From Octopus sinensis (lineage: Eukaryota): 64,000 bases of DNA. Position 1 is the first letter of the stretch; the number at the start of each line of letters is the position of its first letter. Below the pieces are notes generated by a model. The model did not search any database. It saw nothing but the letters and a program-made list of their open reading frames with translations, and had not been told where the DNA came from. The translations under genes and the position numbers were made by a program. The stretch is taken from assembly GCF_006345805.1 (NCBI RefSeq), contig NC_043017.1:1240001-1304000 (forward strand), read 5' to 3'. Shown in pieces: positions 1 through 13,803 of the stretch.

Positions 1-56
<56 letters not shown>

Positions 57-58
57 AC

Positions 59-134
<76 letters not shown>

Positions 135-159
135 ATATATATATATCTATCTATCTATA

Positions 160-198
<39 letters not shown>

Positions 199-229
199 AT
201 ATCTATCTATCTATCTATCTATCTATTTG
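1..229 (+). repeat. (TCTA)n/(GATA)n tetranucleotide array, upstream flank of LINE copy 1
   Basis: Direct read of tandem ATCT with a few ATAT variants. Confidence 0.97.
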
Positions 230-1597
230 TCTTGTGGAAAGGATGCGGCCCGATGGTCAGGCGATCCATTTGCTGTCAACACCCGTTAAAAGGAGGGCTG
301 GGCATGCCGTGGTTGATGATGCGCAGACACGCGCTGAGACTGCGACATCTCCGGCTCTATGTAGACGACGGTGAACAGGTGTGGTCGCCGTTTGTGAGGC
401 ACGCATTCCCGCAACTCGTCTCCATGACCGAACTACAGTCGTGGATCAAAAAGAGGCCGAAGAAGGGCGAATGGCACCGCGAGTGTCGCGTTGCTCTCAA
501 GCAACTCTGCCGTCCCGGGTCGACCTTGAGTGACTTCAACACAACCAAAGCATTCTATAGGGGATTAGTGGAGGGGAGGTACGACGACGAGCTCGGGGCA
601 AACCTGGGCGTCGACGAGGAATACCTGACCCGCCTGTTTCAAACGACTTTCGGCCCGGGACCTATGGACAACTTCCAGAGATCCCTGGCCTGGCGGTGCT
701 ACCGAGAAGCGCTACCCGTTCGGGATAAGCTCTATAGGCATGGCTCGAGAAACACGGGGCCGACCTGCCCGAGATGCGGGCAGAGCGACGAAACCGCTCT
801 GCACGCAATCGTGCAGTGTCCAGCAATTTCCGACCTGTGGGCTTATGTCGAACGACTGCTGTCACGTGTGGGACGTGTCGGTTTATCAGCCGAGTCTATC
901 GTTAATATCGTCACGCCTCCTTCCGTCAAACGGGAAGGAAGAGCTATTTTTATCATACTTGTGGCTATGGCGAAAGAATGTATCTGGTGGACGCGTCTGA
1001 AAGGATTAGAGACAAACTTTCCTCTCTGGTCAATCTCTCATCAACTTCTTCAAGTATCACTTGAAGAAAAAAGTGAGAGTAGAGAGGCAAGTTTGTCTAG
1101 TGAATGTTTTAAAAAAAGATGGGTGAATGTAGCAAGGATGGCACGTATGAATGACGAAGCCACCTTGACTATGATTCTATGAACCGTAAAAATTAATACA
1201 GAGAGTTGCTTATTTGCAAAAAAAAAAAAAAAAGAAATATAACATGTGACTTCATTGACCGAGGTTACCGTGGTCTTTTCCGTAGGCTTTTCTTTCAACG
1301 GGTAAACCTCACCTGTCCTCCCCTTTACACTTCATATTGACATTTCTGTGATAACGATCCCTATTGATCAATTTTTTCCTCTCCCCCTTTTTTTTTAACC
1401 CCCCCCCCTTTTTGTCCTCTTTCTCTCCTTTTACGATCCCTTTTGATCGACCCCCCCTTTTTATTTTATTTTTATTTTATTTTTTTATTTTTTTAAATTT
1501 TTATTTATTTTTTTATTTTTTAAACCTTCAAAAGAAAAGCTCTACCTTGTAATTTGTTCTATCTGTGTGCAGCCCTGTGTGGCTAATAAAGAAACAT
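230..1597 (+). mobile_element. 5'-truncated Tx1/L1-clade non-LTR retrotransposon (copy 1): 3' part of ORF2 plus 3' UTR
   Basis: Colinear and highly similar to the reverse complement of ~47690-49043; ends AATAAAGAAACAT; flanked by the direct repeat ATCTATCTATTTGTCT at 217-232 and 1598-1613. Confidence 0.95.
232..1182 (+). pseudogene. C-terminal fragment of LINE ORF2 (post-RT region with zf-RVT-type CPRCGQSDET..H...QC motif)
   Basis: Translation nearly identical to the C-terminus of the 1145-aa ORF. A 2-bp deletion (~1017) and a 1-bp deletion (~1092) relative to the long copy shift and then restore the frame. Confidence 0.92.
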
Positions 1598-2002
1598 ATC
1601 TATCTATTTGTCTGTCTGTCAGTCTGTCTGCCTGTCAGTCTGTTTGTCTGTCTGTCTATGAATCTATCATCACTCTTCTGCGTGTGTCTTTCTCTTCTCC
1701 CTCAGATGCGTACGCTGACTCCCACTACCACTATATGCCTGGGTATGAATTAATCAATTTCACCTGTATCCCCGTTGATCTACATATTTACATATCCATC
1801 TGGTTTAAAAGCATATTCAAATTTTCTGGCACTGTGCAATCTCTATCTGTGCTTACTTTCTCACGTCTTACACATACACACACCGGTGTGCAGGTATATA
1901 TACATACCTACATACATGCATACATGTATACGTATAAACGCACACACACACATATATATATATGTATATATATATATATGTATGTATATGAATAAGTGAG
2001 TG

Positions 2003-2039
<37 letters not shown>

Positions 2040-2092
2040 TAGTACATATGTATGAACATGTCTATGTATATATATATATATCTAAGTATATA

Positions 2093-2138
<46 letters not shown>

Positions 2139-2142
2139 ATAT

Positions 2143-2190
<48 letters not shown>

Positions 2191-2391
2191 GGGAATGAAT
2201 GCAAGTATGCATTTATATACACGCCATCAAACTAATCAATCACAATAAATCATTATTTCATGGACTATTTTCAGAAAATTCATAAGGTGATGGAATACTT
2301 TCAGTAAAGTCATAATGCGATGAAGCACGCACACAGACACACATACCCCACCCCATATATATGTTTATAGATAGACATATAGATTTATATA

Positions 2392-2702
2392 TATATTGTA
2401 TAAAAGATCGTCGGTAAGGCCAAAACGATGCGAAGTAAATGGAAGGAAAATGACAAGAAAACAAATATGTGAATTAACGTTGACGGATCTCGTATAAAAT
2501 ATTACTGGGGTTATGATCCTATTTTCAAGAAATTAACGAATTTTGCCGACAGCATTCGTCAATTCCTTGAAAATGGGGTCATAACCCCGAAATATTGAAT
2601 ACTAGGTAAGTATATATTCATTCACATATTTGTTTTTCTGTGATTTACCTTGCATTTACTTCGCATTGTCTTGGCCTTATTCACGATCTTTTATACAACA
2701 TA
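2392..2702. mobile_element. Fold-back MITE-like element (~310 bp)
   Basis: ~78-bp imperfect terminal inverted repeats (TGTATAAAAGATCGT...ACGATCTTTTATACA) plus an inner ~45-bp inverted pair (GGGGTTATGA...TCATAACCCC); no ORF. Confidence 0.75.
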
Positions 2703-2746
2703 TTCTACATAATGCTTCATAGTAATTAAATATACATACACAGATA

Positions 2747-2832
<86 letters not shown>

Positions 2833-2962
2833 TATATATATATATTTATATATATATATATTTATGTTATATATATATATATATTATATATATATTTATA
2901 TATATATATATATATATTTATATAGGTAAATGTATGTGTATCTCTCTCTCTCACTGTATGTG

Positions 2963-3061
<99 letters not shown>

Positions 3062-3085
3062 GTGTGTGTGTGCGTGTATATATAT

Positions 3086-3334
3086 CTTGCTTTTGCTTTC
3101 ACTTAATTGTGTCTGTTATATCACTGCGACCATGCTGGAGCACTGCCTCGAAGGGTTTCATTCGAAGAAATCGACATCAGGACTTATTCTTTGTAAGCCT
3201 AATCATTTTACTATCGGTGCGTTTTGCCGAACAGCTATTTTAGGCTGATGTGAAGACACCAACATCGGCAGCCATGCGATGGTGCGGTGAGTGACAAACA
3301 CAGTCACAAAGACACGCACACACACACAGTGACG

Positions 3335-3422
<88 letters not shown>

Positions 3423-3532
3423 CATACATATATATATATATATATACACACACATACATACATATATATACACGACTCACAAGGCTTTTGTTGGTTCGAG
3501 GTTATAGTAGAAGACCCATGCCTAGTTTATAT
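3086..3532 (-). mobile_element. SINE family B copy, degenerate, head truncated, with expanded internal (CA)/(TA) array
   Basis: Shares CATGCTGGAGCAC, GGACTTATTCTTTGTAAGCCT and GGTTATAGTAGAAGAC blocks with 33704-34098 and 5355-5747. Confidence 0.8.
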
Positions 3533-3576
3533 GTATGTATTCCAATATGAATGAAGAGCATCCCGAGCGATGCAAC

Positions 3577-4097
3577 CAATATCGAACACATATACATAAT
3601 GTATGTGTTTTGCCAGTTTGTGGGTAGGCTGCGAATTATAGGCGAAAGAGAATATCATTTCGATAATTTGCTTTGTGTTGAAAAACCAGGAAGTCATAGA
3701 AAAACTCGATAACTCGCGTTACATGTCATTTGAGGAGCGGGTGACATTAATGCCGTGTCATCTTTGAAACTCGTCAATACCACTTACTCGAAAAAATGCC
3801 AGACACATGCAAGATCGCAATCTATGATATATGCAAAATGGTGTGAGAACCATGTGCTGGTATGTCCCAGTTTTCCATACAACGGACAAAATTCAAATAT
3901 GACTTTAATATTTCGTCACGTTTGTGACTTGGCAATGTCTGCCCTTCCTTCAACGGTTCCTGGCGCAATTCATCTCGCTTGTCTATTATTTACAGTTCTT
4001 TAACACCGGGCTAATTGGCGAATATATATTCTCATATACCTTATAAATCGCAGCCTGCCCACGAACTGACACAACGAGTACATTGTGTTCGATATTG
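3577..4097. mobile_element. Non-autonomous TIR element (MITE, ~520 bp)
   Basis: Left CAATATCGAACACA...CAGTTTGTGGGTAGGCTGCGAATTATA matches the reverse complement of the right end (TATAAATCGCAGCCTGCCCACGAACTG...TGTGTTCGATATTG). Confidence 0.7.
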
Positions 4098-4371
4098 TAC
4101 ACACACACGCACACGCGCACACACATACATGCACAAACATACACATAAATCAAACGTACTTATATATATTTATATATGTGGTACTTAACACGAATAAGTG
4201 TTTCAATTTTTTGTTCAGATTGGTAGTTTTTGCCTGGGAATTGCTTGAATAAGTGCGTCTTTGGAAACATACATTGTGTTGAGGCAACCGAAACTAGAAG
4301 GTTGCTTTTGACTACATTTCTTTTCCTTCTACACGAATCTAAATGCTTATATAAATATCAACATCAATATG

Positions 4372-4403
<32 letters not shown>

Positions 4404-5293
4404 AAATGGAATAACAACGACCACTGGTTGCGATTTTTTCTTATACTGAAGATACATTGTGTAGCATCATGTTTCAAGGCATTATATTAATGTACATCGT
4501 CAAACCTGTGAAATAAGACAAAAGATAATAAACATGAACAAATATATCAATCTCTAATGAAAATTGTAAGACACACAACTACAGCAACTCAAGTTTACTG
4601 CATATTCGAAAGCCCAAACACATGCCTCAATAGTGGGCCATGTGCTGTAAAGCTTCGACATATAACCTACGAAATTAACATATTGAATAGACACTCCGTC
4701 TGGTGAAATCTAGATGTATGCAGGATTACTGACATAATACTTATGGTGTCGGACATATAGGAATTAGATACACCACAGTATGACATAATTTTGCTGCTTA
4801 TATTGAAAATAACACGCTACTGGATTCAATATCCAGTAGGAGATCATGGAACAATGCAACTAAAAGGAAAGGTTAATAAAGATGAGATTTATGTATTGCA
4901 GAAAATATCCATTTACTTAAAACGCTGTAATTAACTGCAAGTTCCGAAATCTTTACGAAATACCACCACTGAGACAAACACTACTTAAAATCTAATAGAT
5001 AATATTTCAGCAGATTAAAGAGATAAACACTTAACTCTTCTCATCTCATAAATTACATTTTATATTCTTTGCCTACTTTCTCACTATCTATTTTAACCAA
5101 TAATTTAAATTTTCCGAGATAACTCAATATTTCCACATAAATTCCTGTATTTCAATATTTATATTTTTCTTCTGATATATATCTTGTGGCTTTTGATCAT
5201 TTTTATATTGATTGATAATTTACCATTTCCAACGATAAAATTTATCTAAAATTTTAATGAACATAGTTCCCCGTGTGTGTATGTTTGCGTGTT

Positions 5294-5345
<52 letters not shown>

Positions 5346-5354
5346 GTATATATA

Positions 5355-5577
5355 CTCTCTTTTGCTCTTTTACTTGTTTCAGTCATTTGATTGTGGTCAT
5401 GCTGGAGCACCGCCTTTATTCGAGCACATTGACACCATGACTTATTCTTTATAAGCCTAGGACTTATTCTATCGGTCTTTTGCAAAACCGCTAAGTTACG
5501 GGGGCGTAAACACACCAGCATCGGTTGTCAAGTGATGTTGAGAGGACAAATACAGACACACAAATATATACACACAT

Positions 5578-5647
<70 letters not shown>

Positions 5648-5747
5648 GACGTGCTTCTTTGTGTTTCCGTCTACCAAATCCACTCACAGGGTTTTTGGTT
5701 GGCCCGAGGTTATAGTAGAAGACACTTGCCCAAGGTGCCACGCAGTG
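5355..5747 (-). mobile_element. SINE family B copy with internal (CA)n(TA)n
   Basis: Colinear with 33704-34098. Confidence 0.85.
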
Positions 5748-5769
5748 CTCGTGGGTCTGTGTGTTTATA

Positions 5770-5825
<56 letters not shown>

Positions 5826-6574
5826 CCAGGTAGGTATGTTTGGAGGAATGGAGGACAGGTATGTAATCATTGTCGTTTCATCTTTTTAATTGTTCAATGA
5901 CAAGACTGCGTCTCGGCTGGGAAACCACCGCGAGAAATTGTAAGTCGAATCTAGTACATATTCTCTCGGAATCTATTGCCGATCCGCTAAGCTACAAGAA
6001 CGAAAACAAACCATCAAGTGACGATGGGCGACAAACACAGGCATACAGATAACGCACATTGATACAGAGAGATAGAGACACACACATTCACAATTTGGTT
6101 CCGTTTCCCAAATGGAGGATTCGATAGGCTCGAAGTTTTAGTTGAGCACATGCAGCGGGGTGGAACCCGGAACCATGTCTTTTGGAGGCTGACTTCTTAC
6201 CACACAGCCAGATCAGCGCGCATATATGTATATACGTGTGCTTGCTTGTGGATGTGTAGGAATGTACATTTGCATCTCTGCACATCTATGAAGTGTAGCA
6301 AATGATTATCTGCTCGGACTTAAAATTGTTCATCTATGAAATTATGTGTGTGTGAGAGTTGGCGTATATACTGCATACATATATACAAACAAATATATAG
6401 TTATAGATATGCAGGAAAATATACACATAGTCACACGCACAAACACACACACACACATACACACACATATTCGGGTGTTATGTAATTCATGCAGTATACA
6501 TTTATTTCGTATACATTTCCCAATATATTTTACGTTTCGCGAAATAGCTTGAATATATATGAAAAATGAAATGA

Positions 6575-6581
6575 TATTGGT

Positions 6582-6659
<78 letters not shown>

Positions 6660-6672
6660 AATAATAATACTA

Positions 6673-6767
<95 letters not shown>

Positions 6768-7020
6768 AAAAAGAAGAAGAAGAAGAAAAAGAAAAAGAAG
6801 AAGAATGATAATAATAATAATGATAATACTGATAATAATGATAATTGTTGTTATTGTTATTTTTGTTGTTGATTTCTATTAATTTTGTCGTTCTTGTAAT
6901 CACCATCATCAACATTATGAATATCATAATCATCATCATCATCATCATTGTCGTCGTCATCGTCATCATCTTCGTCGTCATTATCATCAACATCATCACC
7001 ATTATCGTTATTAGTATTAC
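6575..7020. repeat. Compound trinucleotide array (ATA)n-(ATG)n-(ATA)n-(AGA)n then (CAT/CGT)n
   Basis: Direct read. Confidence 0.95.
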
Positions 7021-7649
7021 ATAATATTAAATTTATCCTGGAGGGCGATCCAGTGCTTCGCAATTAAATCTATTATTAAGACGCCTTTTTTTTTTGATGT
7101 GGGAGAAACGCTGCCTCAAAAACTTAGTAACAACTGGAAACAAAAAAAAAATCGTATCCAAATTGTCCCGGGAGGTATTTGTACTTACAAGTGTTTGCCA
7201 AAAATCTTATCTTCACGTTCGTTATATTAAAATCTAGGTACAGATCGATTTGTGAAAAAAAAAAAAGAAAAAGAGTCAGAGAACAGTGTAAACTTTTTTT
7301 TTTTACGTTGGTTGCTATGGTCATTAGCGTAGAACTCATTCCTGCGTCGTACCCGTAGTGTGAAATTAATGCACTCAAAACCAACTTTCTCCAATTTCGG
7401 AATTTATCAGAAACAGCTTGGAGGTTGTGTTTTATGGCTTATAAGATGTACATTTTCCATTATAAAAATATAATAAAAGAAACTCTAAAAATCTCCACCT
7501 GTCTAATATGCGAACTTGCTTTAAATATTAGATGTGTGTTATTGCTGTGTGAAAGATTGGAAGGTGTTAGAGGAAGAGAAAACTCGAGAGGCATATAGTA
7601 TACGCATAAGAAATCAATTTCAATCTTCAAAGCAGAACCTGGAGAAATA

Positions 7650-8156
<507 letters not shown>

Positions 8157-8271
8157 TTCACACCGGTAGAAATATAGAAAAAAAGAAGTTGAAGATGCAA
8201 TGCAATTTTTTTTTTAGATATTCTGTTTTTAAATTTCTTTATAGATTTTTCCGGTTTCACAGATTTTTCTG

Positions 8272-8345
8272 ATTTTCAAAAGTTGAGATAGAAGCAAGTC
8301 AGTTGTAGATTAGCCACACGTCTTTCTATCTCAACTTTTGAAAAT
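8272..8345. other. Perfect 22-bp inverted repeat with 30-nt loop
   Basis: ATTTTCAAAAGTTGAGATAGAA (8272-8293) is the exact reverse complement of 8324-8345. Confidence 0.9.
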
Positions 8346-8789
8346 TAGAGTTGTCTTTGAGACCAGTTAAGTCTTGACAAAAAGAAAAAACAGAAAAAAA
8401 AATATACGAAAAGAATCTATACTCTGGATATGTAACTTAAAGAATCTAGAAGGATATATTTGTGATATAGCACAGCAATATAGCTGCGTATGTATAGCTG
8501 TATGAATACATAAGCATATGTGTATAGCTGTTATCTGTGTGTGTGTCTTTTATGAGTATGCTCTTGCTGAAGGTCGTGTCCGTCTTGTACGCTCGGGTGT
8601 CTTTTATGCGACCATAGGCGTTAACGATAAATTTTTTCAGCGTTTTTAAACATCCTTTCCAAGTTAAGTTTAGGAAAATGTTGAGACTCAGATGTGGCTG
8701 TGTGGTAAGAGTTAGGTAACGTTTAAATCATTAAACATATTTTATGTATCAAGAAAGCACTTAATAATAGGCATTTGAAACAAGCTAAA

Positions 8790-8792
8790 GTA

Positions 8793-8880
<88 letters not shown>

Positions 8881-8971
8881 CATCCATCCATCTAACTATC
8901 TATCTATCTATTTATCTATCTATTTACCTATCTATCTATCTATCTAGCTATCTATCTATTTATCTATCTAC

Positions 8972-8990
<19 letters not shown>
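8790..8990 (+). repeat. (TCTA)n array with no LINE insertion
   Basis: Direct read. Confidence 0.95.
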
Positions 8991-9023
<33 letters not shown>

Positions 9024-9369
9024 TCTATCTGGCTAGCTATCTCTCTCTATATATGCATCTTTGTATGTATATATGTACATATGTGTATGCATGTATATGT
9101 GTTTGTGTTTATATTATGCAAGGATGTACGTACGCCTGTACATATATATGTATATCTACGTACATATATGTATGTATGTATGCGTGTATGCAAGCACATA
9201 TATTTTACAACTTTCTACCACCGTACCTGGCCCCTAAAGTTCCTCACATACCAAAATCTATTTCTCGCAGGCTCAGAAACGATGTGTATGAGTGATTCCT
9301 CGTTTCTTACATTGCTACATCGAAAGACAAACCTGCAGAGTTTGGTTTCAAGAAACGGTAGAGGTATAT

Positions 9370-9371
9370 GA

Positions 9372-9437
<66 letters not shown>

Positions 9438-9489
9438 GACTACCATTACTACTACTACTACTGCTGTTGCCGCTGGTGCTGCTGCTGCA

Positions 9490-9553
<64 letters not shown>

Positions 9554-10184
9554 TTACTAATACTACTACTACCACTACTTCTACTACTACTGCCGCTGCT
9601 ACCTGAGCGCAAACAGCATCAAGAATGTCGCCGCAGCCGCCAATGATATTCCTATTACCGCCACTATATACAACAAGCTCTACCACCACCAGCACCATCA
9701 ACACCACCACCTACACCACAACCCACCACCGCCGCCACTACCACCGCCGCCACCACCACCACCACCACCACCATGATGACTATCAAAAGCTAGACCATAG
9801 GTTCCGCCGCACGCACACACTACGTATTACTAATGGAAATAATGCTACAGCTACATCTGCCGCTTCTAGTAACCGCAGCAGCAACACAACAGCAGCAGCA
9901 GGAGTGGTAGTGGTGGTAGTAGTTGTAGTAGTAGTAGTATTAGTAGTAGTAGTATCGATACTGCTGGTGCCTACAACTTCTAGTATAATACGTACTACTA
10001 GTATGATAGTTCTACGAGTAAGGTTTCTACAAGCAGCAACAACCGCACCAACGACACCACAAAAAACAGAGCTTCTACTATTATTTCTACTACTACCGCC
10101 ATTACAAAGAAAACTACTAACGCCCACCCATCACTTACATTAATGGTGATAGTACTACCACCGCAACTACTACTACTACTACTG

Positions 10185-10229
<45 letters not shown>

Positions 10230-10275
10230 TTACTACTACTACTACTAGTGCTGCTGCTGCTACTAATACTACTAC
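9370..10275. repeat. Compound (CTA)n/(CTG)n/(CAC)n/(GTA)n trinucleotide region
   Basis: Direct read; source of the poly-T/L/V ORFs. Confidence 0.9.
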
Positions 10276-10446
10276 TACTAATGTTATTTGTACCAACGCC
10301 ACTATATCACTACCAGATCTAACCGACGACACCATCACGTGTATTGTTGCAGTTATTGCGCTTCTTACAGCGATAGAAGAGAAATCTGCAGCAAACAGTT
10401 GCTCCCGTTCCTGCTGTTGTAGCTGCAAGCATTGTTGTCAGTTATA

Positions 10447-10494
<48 letters not shown>

Positions 10495-10502
10495 GTGTGT
10501 GG

Positions 10503-10533
<31 letters not shown>

Positions 10534-10610
10534 TGTGTGTGTGGTATACATATAAAAAGAGAGAGCGGGAGTGAAATATAGATGCACATCTATCTATCTA
10601 TCTATCTATC

Positions 10611-10728
10611 TTTTCCCTTTTACGATCCCTTTTGATCGAAAACCTAACCCACCTTTTTCCCGATCTAAGTCTCTCCCCCCAAAAGAAAAGCTCTACTGTG
10701 TGCAGCCCTTTGTGGCTAATAGAGAAAC

Positions 10729-10730
<2 letters not shown>
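10611..10730 (+). mobile_element. Short, diverged 3'-end stub of the same Tx1-like LINE (copy 3)
   Basis: Retains TTTTACGATCCCTTTTGATCGA, CAAAAGAAAAGCTCTAC and TGTGTGCAGCCCT.TGTGGCTAATA.AGAAACAT; preceded by about five ATCT units. Confidence 0.85.
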
Positions 10731-10760
<30 letters not shown>

Positions 10761-11249
10761 CATATTTGTCTGCCTGTTTGTGTATCTGTGTGTATGTATG
10801 TATTTATCTATATATATATCTGACAATCTGTCTGTCTATCCTTCTATCTGTCTATATATCTATCTATCTATCTATCTATCTGTCTATATATATTTATACA
10901 TATATATAGATACACCTATAAATATATAATTATCTATTTCTGTACAACAAACACACCCTACCCCTCTCTTTCTCCCTAATCTTCCTCTCACCGTTCACTT
11001 TTCCTCGTATACTTTCATTATGATCTGTTCTGAACCTCCAGGGATCTTGTCAGTAACCCCTCATTCACAAATACCTCCTCATTTAATTCTTCTGTTCTCT
11101 TTTCATTTTCTTTGTTCTTCAATTAATTCTTGTTCTTCCTTTTCTTCTTTTTTCCACAACTTTTAGCTTTTTTCTTTTCCATTTTCCTTCGCGAGGAAAA
11201 TTGCGCCAATTGATTGCACCGTCATTGTCGGCATCGATTTTGTTGTGGT

Positions 11250-11370
11250 CAAGGATGCGATGTCCCATCGTCGTTATCGCCTTCATCATCACGATCGTCA
11301 TGATCTTTATCCTCATCATCACCACCACCACCACTACCATTACTATTGTCATCATTACCACTACCACCAG

Positions 11371-11404
<34 letters not shown>

Positions 11405-12755
11405 GCAATTGCCTGTATCATGAGGATTGTGATGACCATTATCAACGTCATCATCATCAGCAGCAGCAGCGGCGGCACCATCATCATGCACATAAGCCCC
11501 ATCGTCCTAGCTTCCATACTCCACTCCCTCCTCTTCATCACCACCGCACTCAACACTGCCATCACCACGGCCATCACTGCCATGTCATCTTAAGCATCAT
11601 TAACATCATCATCATCACTATGGTCGTTATCATTACCATCATCATCATATCCATCATCACCATCATGATCATCGTCACCATCATCATCACCATCATCACC
11701 ATCATCATCGTCATCACCATCGTTATCACCATCATCATCATCATCACCACCACCACCACCAACACCACCACCACTATCATCATCATCATCATTATCATCA
11801 TCATCATCATCATCATCACCATCACCATCATCATCATTCACATCCTCATCGATTTCTCATCACCGATTTCTCCGTCATTGTCGACTCCTTCCACTTCCGC
11901 TTCCTCCTCCTCCTTCTCATCGTTGTCATTATCGTCACCAATATCATCCTGATCCACCTCCACATCAACATCCTCTTCATAGTCGTTGTCGTCATCATCA
12001 TCACACCATCATTGTTGTTGTCAACGCCCTCGCCATTATCATCGCCTTCATCATCACCACCGTCATCATCATATTCTATTTCGTCATGATCATGATCTCG
12101 ATCAAGATGATGATGATGATGATGATGATGATGTTGATGATGATGATGGTGATGATGATGATGATGATGATCACATTCTACATGATTGTCATCATCACCA
12201 TCATCTGCGAGTTTCTTTGTCACCATAGCCGCGGCTCCATCTTTTTCCACCTCCTTTCTCAATTCCTCCCACACATTCTCTCTCTTTCTCTCTCTCTCTC
12301 TAATTCTCCGCCTCACCTCCCTATACCGTATTAAACATTTCCATCCCCACCCCCATCTACCCGCTACTTCACACTTCTTACTAACCTACGTTTCCACCAC
12401 CCACTTCACTCACAAACCACCCCACGCCATCTCCCTTAAACTCTCCACTCTCCTGCCTCTGTGTTCTCTCCTTCCTCTCTTTTTCTTCCGTCTATCTTTT
12501 ACTTACAAGCCATCTCTCTCCTTCTTATTGTTCTCTCTTTCTCTCTCCTCGCCTTCATTGTTTTCTTAACTTTTTTTCCCTCTCCAAATTTACATAACTA
12601 TACTTCAAGGTTTCACTTTGGAGAATTTGAAGTGATTCTGCTTTTAAAATTGTTTTTTTTCCATCTCACAAATATATCAAATCGTAATTCAACACCACCA
12701 TCATCATCGTCATAATAATAATAATAATAATCTGATTTAATTTGCATCATCACCC

Positions 12756-12787
<32 letters not shown>

Positions 12788-12906
12788 GTCACATCGTCAT
12801 CGTTGTTGTCAACGCCCTCATCATAATCGTCGCCTTCATCATAATCGTCGTCATCAACACCATATTCTATTTCGTCAGGGACATGATGATGATGATGATG
12901 ATGATG

Positions 12907-12941
<35 letters not shown>

Positions 12942-12960
12942 TATTATTAGTAACATTATT
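11250..12960. repeat. (CAT)n/(CAC)n/(GAT)n compound arrays separated by a pyrimidine-rich stretch
   Basis: Direct read; source of the poly-H/D/M ORFs. Confidence 0.9.
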
Positions 12961-13233
12961 AATCTTCATCTATTCATATTAGCTTCACATCCATTCTTTA
13001 ACCCTACAGATATAAGAGTAATTACGCATTCACCGAATAAAAGGCATCTCTGTTAATAATCCGTAACATGTCGATCATCATTTAACCTTTCTGGCACGCA
13101 AAATCATTATTTCGAAAATCTTTTCCGCCTCAGAATTAAGAAAATATTATGAAGTGGCTCCATAAGGTCAGAACTACGCTTGTACTTTAAAATTTCCTTG
13201 CTGTTTACAATTCAGAAATGTCACATAAATATG

Positions 13234-13307
<74 letters not shown>

Positions 13308-13769
13308 GTGTGTGTGTGTGTGTATGTGTTGCGTGTGTGTGGGTGTATTATATATATTAATATATATACATATATTTACTATATATATATACATATATAT
13401 ATATTTAAACATACATATATATATATACATATATTTACACACATATCAATTTATATATGCATGTATGTATATAAATGTAAAAACACATATAAATGTAAAA
13501 ACAGATATATCTCTCTACATATCCATATATGTATGTATGGGTGTGTATGTTCATGTAAGAGCATTTTGCTTTTAGCGTAATTGATAATCAATTATAAACT
13601 TATGCAATGGCGTACGTTCGTTCTCTTCTCATTCCATGAAGTAACCGAAAATTAGAGTTCAATTTGATGTTAAGAATTGACCTGAAACACTGGACACACT
13701 ACGTTTTGTGCATAAGGATATGAATGTTGTGTTGTGTCTATATATATATATATATAATATATTATATAG

Positions 13770-13803
<34 letters not shown>

